From positions 23,746,001 through 23,810,000 of the forward strand of contig NC_087251.1 of assembly GCF_037042905.1 (NCBI RefSeq): a stretch of 64,000 bases of DNA, given 5' to 3'. This stretch comes from Lytechinus pictus. Its lineage: Eukaryota. The translations under genes were made by a program, and so were the position numbers. Under the pieces are notes generated by a model. That model was given only the letters and a program-made list of their open reading frames with translations, did no database searches and was not told the DNA's origin. Of this stretch, positions 52,252 through 64,000 are shown one piece after another. The first letter of the stretch is position 1, and the number at the start of each line of letters is the position of its first letter.

Positions 52252-53265
52252 TTAATGATACATGAAATCATTAGATAAGCATTGACCATCTTCTCAATAA
52301 TCAGAAGAAAACAGACAACTTCATATCTACAAAGATAAAGCACTCCAACAAGAAGAGTTTACACTTTTAAAGCAACACTTTTTTGGTGCTATACAGTATG
52401 TACAACTGGATTAATGTCACAGGGAAGTTCTGTTCATTACTTGTAAGGAAAATGTACATATTCAAGCAAATACAATAAATTTCAAAAGACATAAATACAA
52501 TTTGTATTTCCATACAATAAATATAAAAATCTGACCAACTGATCACATAAAGCATGCTTATGAAACATAAAAAGAAGGGCACAATTGCACTCCGCACCTG
52601 TGTACTGTCTTGTTTTCATTAAAATATACAAGAAAATCTATGATAAATGCACATAAAATACGTACATATTGCAGAGTCAAGAACAGAGTTCACAAAGTGC
52701 ACTTTTAATATTGAAAATGCACAAGGAACAACCTAAATTTTACAGGGTTTTTTTTTTCGCCAAATCAATTTATCTGAAGATTGTCTCTGCAGTAAACACT
52801 TCTGTTATTTCATAGAATGTGGAAATGTTGGTAAGAAGCTTAAAAGTCTAAGTGATATGTTTTTAATTCGATTACATTACAAAAATAATGTTCAGAAAGT
52901 TGATTATTATTATGTAAGATAAATCTCAAAGAAAATTGTGACCTTTCAGACTGAAGACAAATTTAGATTGAGATAAGATATGCTCTCTTTATACAACTTG
53001 ATAAATGACAATGTAAACATTAATTGGCAACTAAAATTTAAGTTACGATTTCATTCTTAAGACTAAATGCTTTTCTTCAATGACAAAAAACAAAATATAT
53101 TTTTATGCATGGCACTATTCCACCACTTCAGGTACTCTTCAAAGAAATAAACAAAATCTGTTTGTTGACATTCATACATCAAACAATGAAATATTGACTT
53201 ATTTTATTGCCAAGAAAAAGGAATCCTTGACATTACTGGCAAAGTTTATCAATGGAATTCAGTCC

Positions 53266-56200
53266 TTATTCCCTGCGTGGTCTTCGTCTCAAGGTGCCAT
53301 AATCCTCATAATCGTTAGTGGATCGAATTCTCTTGCCGACCTGGACCTGCGATTGGGCCGTCAGCTGAAGGTGGATTGCTGCAGTGTTTAGTTTACCTGT
53401 AGAGGTGAGGATACCACGCAGGCCTTTCATCTTTGCACTCCTCAAGAGGATCTTGGGTACAGGTTGCGGTGGCAGGTTGATGCTGTCCTCAAGATCATCT
53501 TTGGTGTCATCATCCTCATCAACACACCCTGCATCATTAACTTGTTTACTTTCACTCTGTCCTTGTGCACCAGTAACATCTTGTGAAAGCTGCGACTTGA
53601 GACGCCTGTGGAATGCCATTTCTGCAGGACTCTCGGCTTTCATGAGAGATTCCAGGGTCATGCCCGGGAAGGCACTGCCATTCGAACGAGTGCTCAGAAA
53701 GTCACTGAATTCCGTCTTGGTGTCCCAAAGTGACCCTACGCCAGTGAAAGGATCAGAGAAGAGTTCTGGATGAATGTTATCCTCATTGCGTTCACCCTCA
53801 TTCTCCGTCTTACCTTTCTTTCCACAACCATCTGCTTCATCAGGTGCAGAGACCACATTCTTGTTGATATCCTCTTCCTTTTCCTTCCCCGTTTTCTTCG
53901 CTTCACCAGCCTCTCCTTCTCCTTCCTCCTCTTTATCCTCTCCCTCATCCTCCTCCTCATTCTCTTCCACTTCTTCCTTTCCATCAGCATCAATTAACCT
54001 TACATCTAACCGATCCCTAATGCTGCTATCAAACTTGGTTACCGAGGCTACAAAGTGCTTCGCCCACGTGATGTGCAAGACGGGGGTGGAACTGCCTTCT
54101 TCCCACTTACAGATGTTGTCATAGAGACGTAGGTAGAAGCCATAGCATTCAGGGTCTTTTGGGATGTGCCTAGCATCTCTGGAATGGTAAACAGTAGCTT
54201 CCTTCAGGATAGTGGGGATTAGTTCATTGGCCACTTCCATGAATTCCTTGTACACCTCCTCATCTTCGCGTTGGTAGTTGTACCTTCATTTTAAAAAAAC
54301 AAGGAATTTAAAGAAATGAATGAATAAATTTTAGATTATAAAAAAAAATGAAAGTGTATCTTTTGGGGATTAATAATTCTGCAGATTTTATCGATGAGTC
54401 ATCTTTTGTTAAAGCTTTGCAGTGAATTTTAATACACTGGCAGGGATTAAATATACTTTTAATGGGAATTCTTCTCATGAACAATCATGACGATATGAAT
54501 TCTGGATGTTTACATAGCAACAATTTAACTCTTAAAAAGAAATGGCAAATCATGGGGAAATGGATTCTTACAGAATTTGGAGAAGGCTTACTGACTTGCA
54601 CATTACAATCTATCAGTCATGCGAGCCAGTTGGACGAGTGTGATAAAAATTTGGACAATACAAATTCAACTGAACTCAGATTCGTTGTTTACTTCGGGTG
54701 TTTGAATCTTCCAATAACCGTAAGTCCTAGACTTAGCCAGGTCTCATAATTTCCATACCAAAACTAACACCCTGACTCACAAAGTCATGTTTCAAAGTAA
54801 ATTCTGGTTTCTCAGTCTTAAAATTGCTTTGTGAAAGAAAGTGTCTCGAAGTAATTCAATGCACCTATGATGCTTGTTGTATGATATTCGAATCACTACA
54901 GCCGAGTCACATTCACTGCACACATAAATATATGTACTGGAATACATGCAAATATGGTTGGTATTGTGTACATTTGGTAACCAATCATTAATAGCAGAGG
55001 ACTGTTTTTTTTTTTATAATGATAATCTTCCCTGAAAAAGTTTGGAAGATCACAATAATTATTTACATTTTTTTCCAATAACATTTTTTCTTACAAATCT
55101 TGACATGTCTTTTATTTCCTTGATCACTTTATATTGAATTCACATTAACAAAACTGCCATACCTAATGCTTAAAAGCTTAGTAGTTCTACAATGCAAAGT
55201 CATTTCCAACTGAACATGAAATTCAAGTACCCTGTACAGTAGATGTAAATGGGTATACTCTATGTAAAGACATACATATTTCAATGCAATTTAATAAAGC
55301 TGACAGCACTTTAATGGAAGAGCTGCTGCGCAAGAACGTTTATATAAAAGTCTACTCAAGGGCGGATCCAGGATTTTGAATAAAAGGGGCATAAAGAGAA
55401 ATTTGAAAATGGGAGTACCGAAGTGTGACGTCATCAATTTTCCCTTATTGCGTGTCAGCGTTTTGATACCATAATTTGGTAGAGCATGATGAAAAACCCC
55501 CACAACCCAATTTTGGTAGGAATCGGTCCATGGGGCCCTAAGATATGACCTCAGGCTCATGAATACATAATAATTAGCCCTATTGAAGTCAATGTATTAT
55601 TGGCCTTGTTCTAAATGTTAGGAACCATGCTAATAATACACTGACTTCAATGGGGCTAATTATGTATTCATGAGGTCATATCTAAGGCCCCATGGACCGA
55701 TTCCCACTAAATTTGGGTTGTGGGGGTTTTTCATCATGCTCTACTGAAATATGGTATCAAAAACGCTGAAATACCCCCCAAAAAGTTTTTGTGAGATCAT
55801 CACTTCGGTACTCAATAGAGGGGTGCAGATGACAACTTTGTTAGATTATGCTACATTAATCATATAATCAATGAGGGGTTCTAGAAATATATAGGGGCAT
55901 GCATCTCAACACCAAACTCAGAGTTCAACATCTAATTGATAACTAAAGAGTAAGACCGAGTGTCAACCCCAATCCCATCAGCAGCATTGTTATAAGGTGG
56001 GTACTACTGAGACTGGTGTTTGTTATTCCACAAACCAACAACAGAGTCACACATCTTGTGTTATTGACAATTAAATACTGAACGATGTTGACCTCACCAG
56101 CTGTGTCTCTGTTCTAGTTTTGTGCAGTGGCTGGTGTTTGTTTATCACAGCACCAGATCAGAGTCTAATACCTTATATTATTGACAAGTCAACACTGAGT

Positions 56201-57985
56201 GACATCAATATTATCGCAAGCCTCGCTTCAAGTTTGGTGCGAAGGCCAGTAATTTTCAACCCCCCCCCCATGAGGCTGGTGTTTATAAACACCAATTTGC
56301 CTGAAGAAAAGGGTTTCATGACATTTGTTCCGGCAACAATTGCTCCGCTGTAAATTCCACACATTAATGGAATGACCAACTTCAACCCTGGATTTAACAC
56401 TATATCCTACCCTAACGAAGTAAAGCCCGCAGTAATTGTCATGTCACAAAGAAAAGAATATACTTACTGGCTGAGGACTTTTGCTCCTTCTGCCCAGTAT
56501 TGCATCGCTCTCTTGTACTGCTTCTGCCGATAGAGATGACCTCCTAGATATGTGTAGGGATAGACATGATGGTCAGAATAGAACTCTTTACCAGATTGAA
56601 TGGCCTCCTCAAACAGTTCAAGGGTCGTGGGTCGATCAGGACTGGGGTCAATGCTTTCAAGGTCACCAAGATTGCTCAAAGCAAGAGGATATCTATAAGA
56701 TAAGAGAAAATAATATATATAGTTACATTGCTCTAGACTAAAACACTTTACTCTTTCTACATGTATCAACAAAATATGAAATATGACTGCTTTTTTACAT
56801 TGACTATTCACTAAAGTTAGTTCAAACACATCATATCTACATACCAAGATATGAACATATTTGGTCTGAATCAATCAATCAGTTTGAAGAACATTCATCC
56901 AGTTTTTGTAAACAGGCAATTATTGTTAACCCGAGGGGGATTTTTTTTTTAAAACCTTCCCCAAAAATCATTGAAATTTCACATTTCAAATCTTACAGAC
57001 ATGAAATCCAATCTATTGTCCATATTATCTTTGAAAGTATTTTGATTTCGCTGAAAACTACCCAAAAATGAGGACTACTTCGCTTCTTACTTGACTCTGA
57101 AATATCAATGTCTGGAAATGTTGGTGTTATTAAGACACGTGTATACAGGATATGAATTCTGGCAAAGCCTACAGAAATCTGTCATTCTTATACGCATTAA
57201 TCACAGTATATGTCACTGGATAATCATAATAAATTTGAGAATCATTGGTTTTTTAACTGATTTATGCTTTCTTGATTTGGAATAAAATGTATCAGCTCCA
57301 ACTTGAGGTCATAGATTATTTGGATGAAGAAAATGTGGGCTGACTTGCCCTATGACTCAATCTTGGAGCTTTTGTCAAGTAACATTGAAAGTATTTTACA
57401 CAAATCAAAACTTCTCATTAACTAGGATGGTCTGGGCTCCGTAACATGAAAATTAGCGATCAATCGCTATAAATGGACTGACCAATCAATATCAATGTTT
57501 CACCCGCATTTGGTTTAAAATACTGACCAGGAACCAATCAGAAGTGTTCTTTCATATTTGCTATTCATCGATAAGCTTTGTGTTACAGGTTGGTTGATAT
57601 TCTCAAACAAGTTACATGAAAATAGGGTGAGTAGTTCTTGTCTAACTAGCAAGGATATGGTCTCCCACTCAACATGAATTCTCAGAAACTGTGTGGTATG
57701 GAAGGATTTCTTGGTATTGCACAATCTGGATTTTTAGTATGGCTGCTACAAGAAATTTCATTGTGTAGCAATTTTGTTAAATATAGGACTGTACATTATG
57801 TCTATTCCTTAGAGACCAAAACTGTTTTAATTTTAGAATTGTAATTGTTCTCTTCAATACATTCCAAGAAACCTTCACGGGGACTTTATACTACTCACAA
57901 CCTACTGAACATGATATAATTTCACTAAATACTAGAATTCTTACTTTTTCAGATGACCCATGTCATACAATAACCATAGAAGCTC
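53266..57985 (-). CDS. MEN1: Menin, 3' part; exons 57985-57945, 56692-56468, 54283-53266 (upstream exons not found in the window)
   Basis: [99 protein letters not shown] and a basic C-terminal NLS; splice phases consistent. Confidence 0.95.
55413..55813. mobile_element. Palindromic MITE copy 2 (MEN1 intron), inserted next to a GGGCGGATCCAGG element end at ~55358
   Basis: GAGTACCGAAGTG...CACTTCGGTACTC; homologous to 50378-50764. Confidence 0.85.
57945..57985 (-). CDS. MEN1: MEN1 41-nt exon ([14 protein letters not shown])
   Basis: ttttcag| acceptor and AA|gtaaga donor; matches human KLLWLLYDLGHLER. Confidence 0.9.
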
Positions 57986-58445
57986 CTGAAAAGAACAGAA
58001 AGATAAAGAAACATTTATATTAAAAGAAAAGAAATGAACATGGTAACTGATTACTGCCTTCTTCCTGACGATTCCCCACAACACCTTTTCCTGAGGGGGT
58101 TTTCACTAAATAGTAATAATCAATTCTAAATGCAAAAGAGCAACAATCCTAGGATCTATATCAATCTTTGAAGCCATATTTCTAATATACTAGGATCTGG
58201 TTTTGGATAGATTATAGACCTGAGAAAGAGGTCTTGATTCAAATTTTAATGATACATATCTTTGCACTGTTAAATATCAAGGGCCTGTCAGCTTGCCAGT
58301 GGGAAACTACATGCACAATAAAATTTACCCAACAGATGGCAATAAAATGGACAAATATTTGAACTCATTTCAAGATAATTATATGACTCAAATCAATTCC
58401 CAAGAATAGGAATGATATTGATGTCTGGAAGTGAATCATCTCTAA

Positions 58446-58901
58446 TACCGTCTTCGCACTGGTTTTCAAATTTATCCCGGTGCTGTCAAGGGATGGTGAC
58501 AATGCTATAAACTCGCTATAAATGCATTCAGGATAGAAAAGTTATCCTGGCACAGTCCCGGGATAAATCTCATGTATCCATTCACACTGCAGCAGGTGAT
58601 TTTTATGACCTCCGTAACAAAACATGTGTAGGCTTGTGACCCGACTCTGATACACTGGAAATACTTGAGGGCGGGGAATCAAACCCACGTCCTTCAGATT
58701 GAAAGACGAGAGTCATAACCACTAGACCACAACTATTACAATGGCTTGCCTAATGATAGTTTGTTGCAGAGTTAGAGTGAGGCGAGGTTATCCCGGGGTA
58801 GTTTATTGCGGGTACGAGAATTCACACCGAAGGCAACACCGCTACAGTCTCGGGACAGTCCCGGTACTGTAGCGGGGTTTGTGGCCAGTGTGAAGATGGT
58901 A
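58446..58901. mobile_element. PIF/Harbinger-like MITE with a nested tRNA-derived SINE piece (~58665-58730, minus)
   Basis: TAA|TACCGTCTTCGCACTGG ... CCAGTGTGAAGATGGTA|TAA; internal GTGGTCTAGTGG ... GGTTTGATTCC A/B boxes. Confidence 0.75.
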
Positions 58902-61900
58902 TAAGGCTCCTAAAGCCAATGCTTAGTCAAAGACTGTAAAAAGTAAGTATGCTGGGATTAGACAAATCTTCCAGCATTTGCAGTATTATCTGAGAAACCT
59001 CCCACTTCCCTGGTATGATGTACTTATTTACATTAGTTTTTATCCAGACCACATTGGTATCATAATTTTTTTTCAAACTGAACAAAACATTTTGCTGATC
59101 ATTTCAGTGATGTACTTCAGGCAACACTCTACATTTATCTAGAGACAATAACACCAATTTGTACAATTTAATTCAATTTAATTGACATTTTGACTCTGCA
59201 TGGATCTAAACCAAATTAGCAGGATTTAGTGACACCGAATTGATGCGAAATCCACCCTAATAAATATTCACAGATTACATAAAATTTTATGCAAAATTTT
59301 CTTAAACATGATAAAACCCTTTGGTACCGTAATTAAAATGTCGCAGAACTCATTTATCACTCGGTATATGTAGAGCTTGTCATGTAGATGAGATCAAAAT
59401 GACAATCTTCCCATTACTCTTTATGTACCGAGTGACGAACCACATAGTTGTCATGGCTACAGTACCTAACAGTAACCACCCTATGGCAATATCCAAGCAT
59501 ACGCCCACTCAAAATATATTATTACTTAAGAGAAGCACCACAAACTAAAGTACTTTGTACAGTATCTTATTACATAGTTCTACTAATTATTTATTCCCTA
59601 GGAAAAATAGTACATGTAGACTATATCAAACTCTGAGAGTTCCTTTTTTATATAAAGACATGGCTCTGCATAGTTGCCATTGAGCTTTATTTAAAAAAAG
59701 AATGACTGTTTGCTCCAATTCCATGATCACAACACTGCTTAAGAAATGCACATATATATACAGTATTTGTCAATCTTTCTATCATCGAAATGTTTAACTA
59801 TGTTTGCCACTAACACGTTTTTTTTTTTCCTTCTTCTCTCACCATCAAAAAATCAGTTTCTTCAGCGATGTCACATGTGACATTCAAGAATGAGAATAAA
59901 AACAAAAGATAGTTCTCATCTATTTTTAGGTGTTTGTTACCATTATTGAATTCTCCCAAGCCAGTCACAGGGAAGATGATGAAGGCATGGGACATCGCTT
60001 CACGCTCGGACACAAGGACAATTTGCACACAGAATAAACACATGAAAATGAGTCATTTGGTCTGATCGAAGTCTCATGTACACGTGCACTTCAGGAAGCA
60101 TTATGGGCAGAGGAGAGTAAAATCAAATCAGAGATGTTAGAGGCACATTTTCATTCTCTCTTGTCTACTTTCATTATTACTTGCTCTGGGCAGATATGCA
60201 TTAATACAAGTAAGTTTCCCTCTTAATAAAACAAGTCAATGGCCTAGGCAATATATTTGCACCTTCACAAATTCTTAGTGCTAGCTAGCTTCATTGCTAC
60301 CCTCCACTTGTATTCTCTTTCTCTCTACCCCCCCCCCCCCCACTCTCCATAAAACATAAAACACACATATGCACACAGTCCACACTCATAACAAGAAATT
60401 CCCAACACAGAATCAAATCACAAATGTTTGTTTCAGCATTTTTGCATTATTTTTGTGTAAAAAGTAAACATGTAATTCGTGGTGTGATTATACAGTAACT
60501 CCCTACACACATGCAGAATATATTTTTTCTTGTGCAGACTTCACTATGACCTGTGAAATTTGAGATAAATCCTTCATATACGCCATCTTCTTTCTTTACC
60601 ATCAGAAAATAAAATGTAAGGCTATCTTATCACAATTTGTCAATTACATGGTGTGTACACATGTATGCATCAAATTATGAGTGCAATTTTCTCTTAATGA
60701 CCCATGAAAAATATCAGATTATTACAACCCATTTCCAGAATATAAAAAAATTACAAAAGGATCGGACTAAGATATGGAAATTAAAAAAAATAAACATAAT
60801 TATGGCTTCTAACCTATCAAAAACGGTTCCCCCAATACATGAGAAGTCTTGACAAACAAGAGATTAGTCCAAGATGCATGAGACAAATAAGAAAATGGTT
60901 GCAACTTGTAAGGTGTTCAAATCACAACATTGCATGTACATGAAGCATGCTGTATCCCCAATATTGCATGAATTGTCCTACATACAGCCTACATATAATG
61001 TGCTTGAATTTTGAATTTAAAAAAAAAATCATTACTTCATAAAAAAAATACTTATGGGGACTTGGGGAGCACATAACGCATTTATACCATGTCTACCGGT
61101 ACATGTTCACAATTTTCACAATTACCAAATGAGGAAAAAAAAAGAAATGACAAATGATATCATAAATCTGTAACAATTTGATATTAAACAGTGAGGAGAC
61201 TGAAGCAAGTAATATCTCTGAAGCTGCACTTGAGTGAATGGTTTTATTGACAAGATATTGCAGTGGACAAGAAATAGCCATTAGTCAGACTTCGATGATT
61301 CAGTCAATGAGAGATTTGAGAAATGGCGGATGATTCAGGCAGGAGAGCTGCAACTATGAAGTGCATTAGTTTGTAATTCAGACTGTAGAGAAACATACGC
61401 CTGCGATATTTTGAAGGATGAGGACAGCAACACACTTCCAAACCATTATCAAAATTTTCTTCATGAGAAGGCCTAGGCTTTGTGGGGAATTTATAAAAGA
61501 AACAATTTTGAGTATGTTTTACATATAATTCAGTTGAAACGATAATCATAATCGTGAATCATTAATAAATACATGTTAATGTACTTGTAGTTATGAATCA
61601 CATAATGTACACAGATTACTACCAGAGTTAAAATAATGAAAGTTCTTCAAACAAAACATGTCTTTGGAAAACCAAAAGCTTGCCAGACATGAGATTGATT
61701 CCAAATATTACAGTTCATTCATTAGATGTCTGACCCTTTTTACTGTAGTAAGGGAAAGTTATATTGGGAGGGGGATTCATGAATGTTCCACTTTGATGAA
61801 CTCCCCCCCCCCCCCCTTAAAGCCCGTTATTGCCGTTTCTTCATGTAATTTTTTTTAACCCGCCTAAAATCTAATAATTTGTTGTTTTTTTTTTGTTTTT

Positions 61901-61998
61901 TTGTTCCCATTTTCACCATTTCCCATGCATGTGCCATTCCCTAGCTCTTGGTGCAGATGTAAAGTTCCATTCAGACTCTGAATGATTCAATCCTGCAC

Positions 61999-62000
<2 letters not shown>

Positions 62001-62030
<30 letters not shown>

Positions 62031-62496
62031 CTGGGGGCGCTCAGGGGTGTGCCTCAAGAAACCGTGAAATGCGGGTGTAAGGAACTGACCACAAAGGTAA
62101 AATACGAGGTCTTGGGAACCAAAAATATATTGTGAATAACAGAGTCTACTGTGAAAAACGGTCTACGGAACGAGATCGCGGTACAGTAAACGGTGCACGC
62201 TAGCGCTGTGCAAGTATCTGCTGGCGCTAGCGGTGCATGGAGCTGCTAGCTGAGGGAGTTGTGAAGCCGTGCGTGCAGCTCTCGCATGCGGTACTCACGC
62301 TGGACAAATTTGGCAGGGCTAGGGAACTGAGATGTTTCGTAACGGGGGTCTTGCGAGCGGGGCGGGAGGCTTCTGAACTGAACTTTTGTCGTTCGGAGTA
62401 CAGATCTAGAGAACTGAAAATTAGGTCTGAAAAAGGGGGCCATCAAAGCGGCACGTCCCCACACCACCAATATATATGAGTGCCCCCCCCCCTGGG
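62001..62496. mobile_element. GC-rich non-autonomous element with poly-G/poly-C termini
   Basis: CCGGGG(n)...GCGCTCA start and TGAGTGCCCCCCCC..GGG end; internal GGAACTGA repeats. Confidence 0.6.
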
Positions 62497-63479
62497 GTCC
62501 TAGACCCCATTTTTCATTTGCTTCATAGTATAAAAGATTTCTAACACCCGTTTACAGTGCAGGCCCTGGCCAAGGACAGTCTGGATTGCAGCTTCCCATA
62601 TCCCTATTCTGTGTGCTTATACTCAGTGTGGGGCTTGGACCAGCCTAAACTTTTTAATCTTTCTATATTTTGTTACAGTGGCGCTTGACATGCAGGCGTA
62701 ACAAACAATTATTTGGTGGCGCATCGGGGGACACAGTGCAGCGTCATGGGCCGGTCGCATTAAGTTGGTACCACATTTGGGTCTGCATGTGTTTACAAAT
62801 TACAATGAACAAAGGCAAGGCCTAGACAACTTCCAGAGCTGGGCCAAATGCCTGGCTGCTTTGGTACTGTAATTGGCCTTTTGAGCATTTACAGATTTTT
62901 AGGCCCGTCTTTCTTTCCTATGTAAACAGTGTCTTAGAACCCCATTTCGGAGTTGGCTGCAGCATACCTACTTTATCTTTATAATAAAAGTTGAAAGCAC
63001 CCCAGGATTTATGCATCTACATGTACTAAAAGCCTCTGCTGTATGCATATTTCCCTGTATTCATTCAAAGCCCTACCATTGTTCAATTTGATGATCCAAA
63101 ATACAGACAAAGTACAGCATCAGATACAGCGCACATTGTATATTGACAGCCACTTAGAATAGGCCTATCTAATAATTACAAGGATGAAGCAGTAGAGGTG
63201 TGCACAAAATGAAGTTATGATATTGCTTGGCGAGGGGTGAGTGGCCGGGAAACACGATCATCACCTAAGTTAATTTCAATTATGCTCCTGGCATTTGTTG
63301 CTGATGATACATGGAAAGGTTAATAACCATAGCTAATAACCACACCATTCACACAATGCTATGAGTAATGCCAAGACTCTACAGACATGACAATCACCAC
63401 TCATCTTTTATTGTGTGTGTGTTGTAGACATGTTTGTTTGTAATACCATAATTCTTGATAATCTGGCTTGGAGTATTTA

Positions 63480-63800
63480 TCCATTTCAAACTCTCCCTGT
63501 GACTGTGCAATATGTAGAAAACAGGCTTGATCTGGAATGACCTTTAACCTTGACCTTTAACTTGGTAACATGTTATTCGCATCATGTGATATTTCATCCA
63601 ATTGTTTTTACACTGTACATCATGCATGAAATTTTGTCAAATAAATTTTAAAGTTTATTTACCTTGTTCCAGTGACCTGATATTTTTCTCAAATAATTTA
63701 TGATACTTGATGACCATCCACATTTTTTTAAAAGTTTTTAAATGATACCACAATGCAGTCAATATCTGATAACCTGCAATGACCTTAGATATTGATTTTG
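63480..63800. repeat. TGACCTT-rich dispersed repeat remnant
   Basis: TGACCTTTAACCTTGACCTTTAAC, GTGACCTGA, TGACCTTAG. Confidence 0.45.
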
Positions 63801-64000
63801 TAACCCGACTTTTGTCAAATGATTACCGGTAGTGATACTTCAAATTCTACTTTCAATTTTATAGCATTTCTTGAAAAAATTTTATCAGGTCAAGATGTAG
63901 AAGCCACTGCCGTTCTTGCTTCGGATGCTTCCGCTATGCAGGCAAGGCAACAATTAATGTCTGCATTGTGCAATCAATCCTTAAAGAAGATATATTGCAT

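Noticed and set aside
53384-54124. Antisense and alternate-frame ORFs over MEN1, and similar ones over SLC35B2 (6730-7050) and ANKEF1
   Set aside because: Shadow ORFs of GC-richer or low-complexity coding sequence.
61190-61400. Possible further MEN1 exon after the minus-strand acceptor TTTCTCTACAG
   Set aside because: The frame checked (LNYKLMHFIVAALLP...) ends in a stop and lacks the expected SWLY...AINPS menin segment; that exon is probably beyond 64000.

Overview
AT-rich, intron-containing animal genomic DNA. The repeat families suggest an echinoderm, probably a sea urchin (inference). Four protein-coding genes can be rebuilt from splice sites and similarity to remembered orthologue sequences. 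(1) SLC35B2/PAPST1 on +, 3 coding exons, about 452 aa. (2) PRORP/MRPP3, the protein-only mitochondrial RNase P, on -, 6 coding exons, about 601 aa. (3) ANKEF1 on +, 7 coding exons, about 782 aa. (4) The last 3 exons of MEN1 (menin) on -; its upstream exons probably lie beyond the window. A probable first exon of a fifth gene points leftward at 718, head-to-head with SLC35B2. The ~18 kb between the PRORP and ANKEF1 start codons holds the most unusual structures: two large non-coding foldback elements. One (~20563-26946) has ~500-bp modular terminal inverted repeats with nested palindromes, a candidate 8-bp target-site duplication (TSD) and a probable position in PRORP intron 1. The other (~30530-35503) has seven inward-pointing AGATGGCGCTA-type motifs. 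The window also contains many MITEs (TTAA, TAA, 4-bp and 8-bp TSD classes), tRNA-derived SINE heads and LINE remnants. Palindromic TA-NNNN-TA octamers are over-represented and split by region. Everything was read by eye; no database searches were run.
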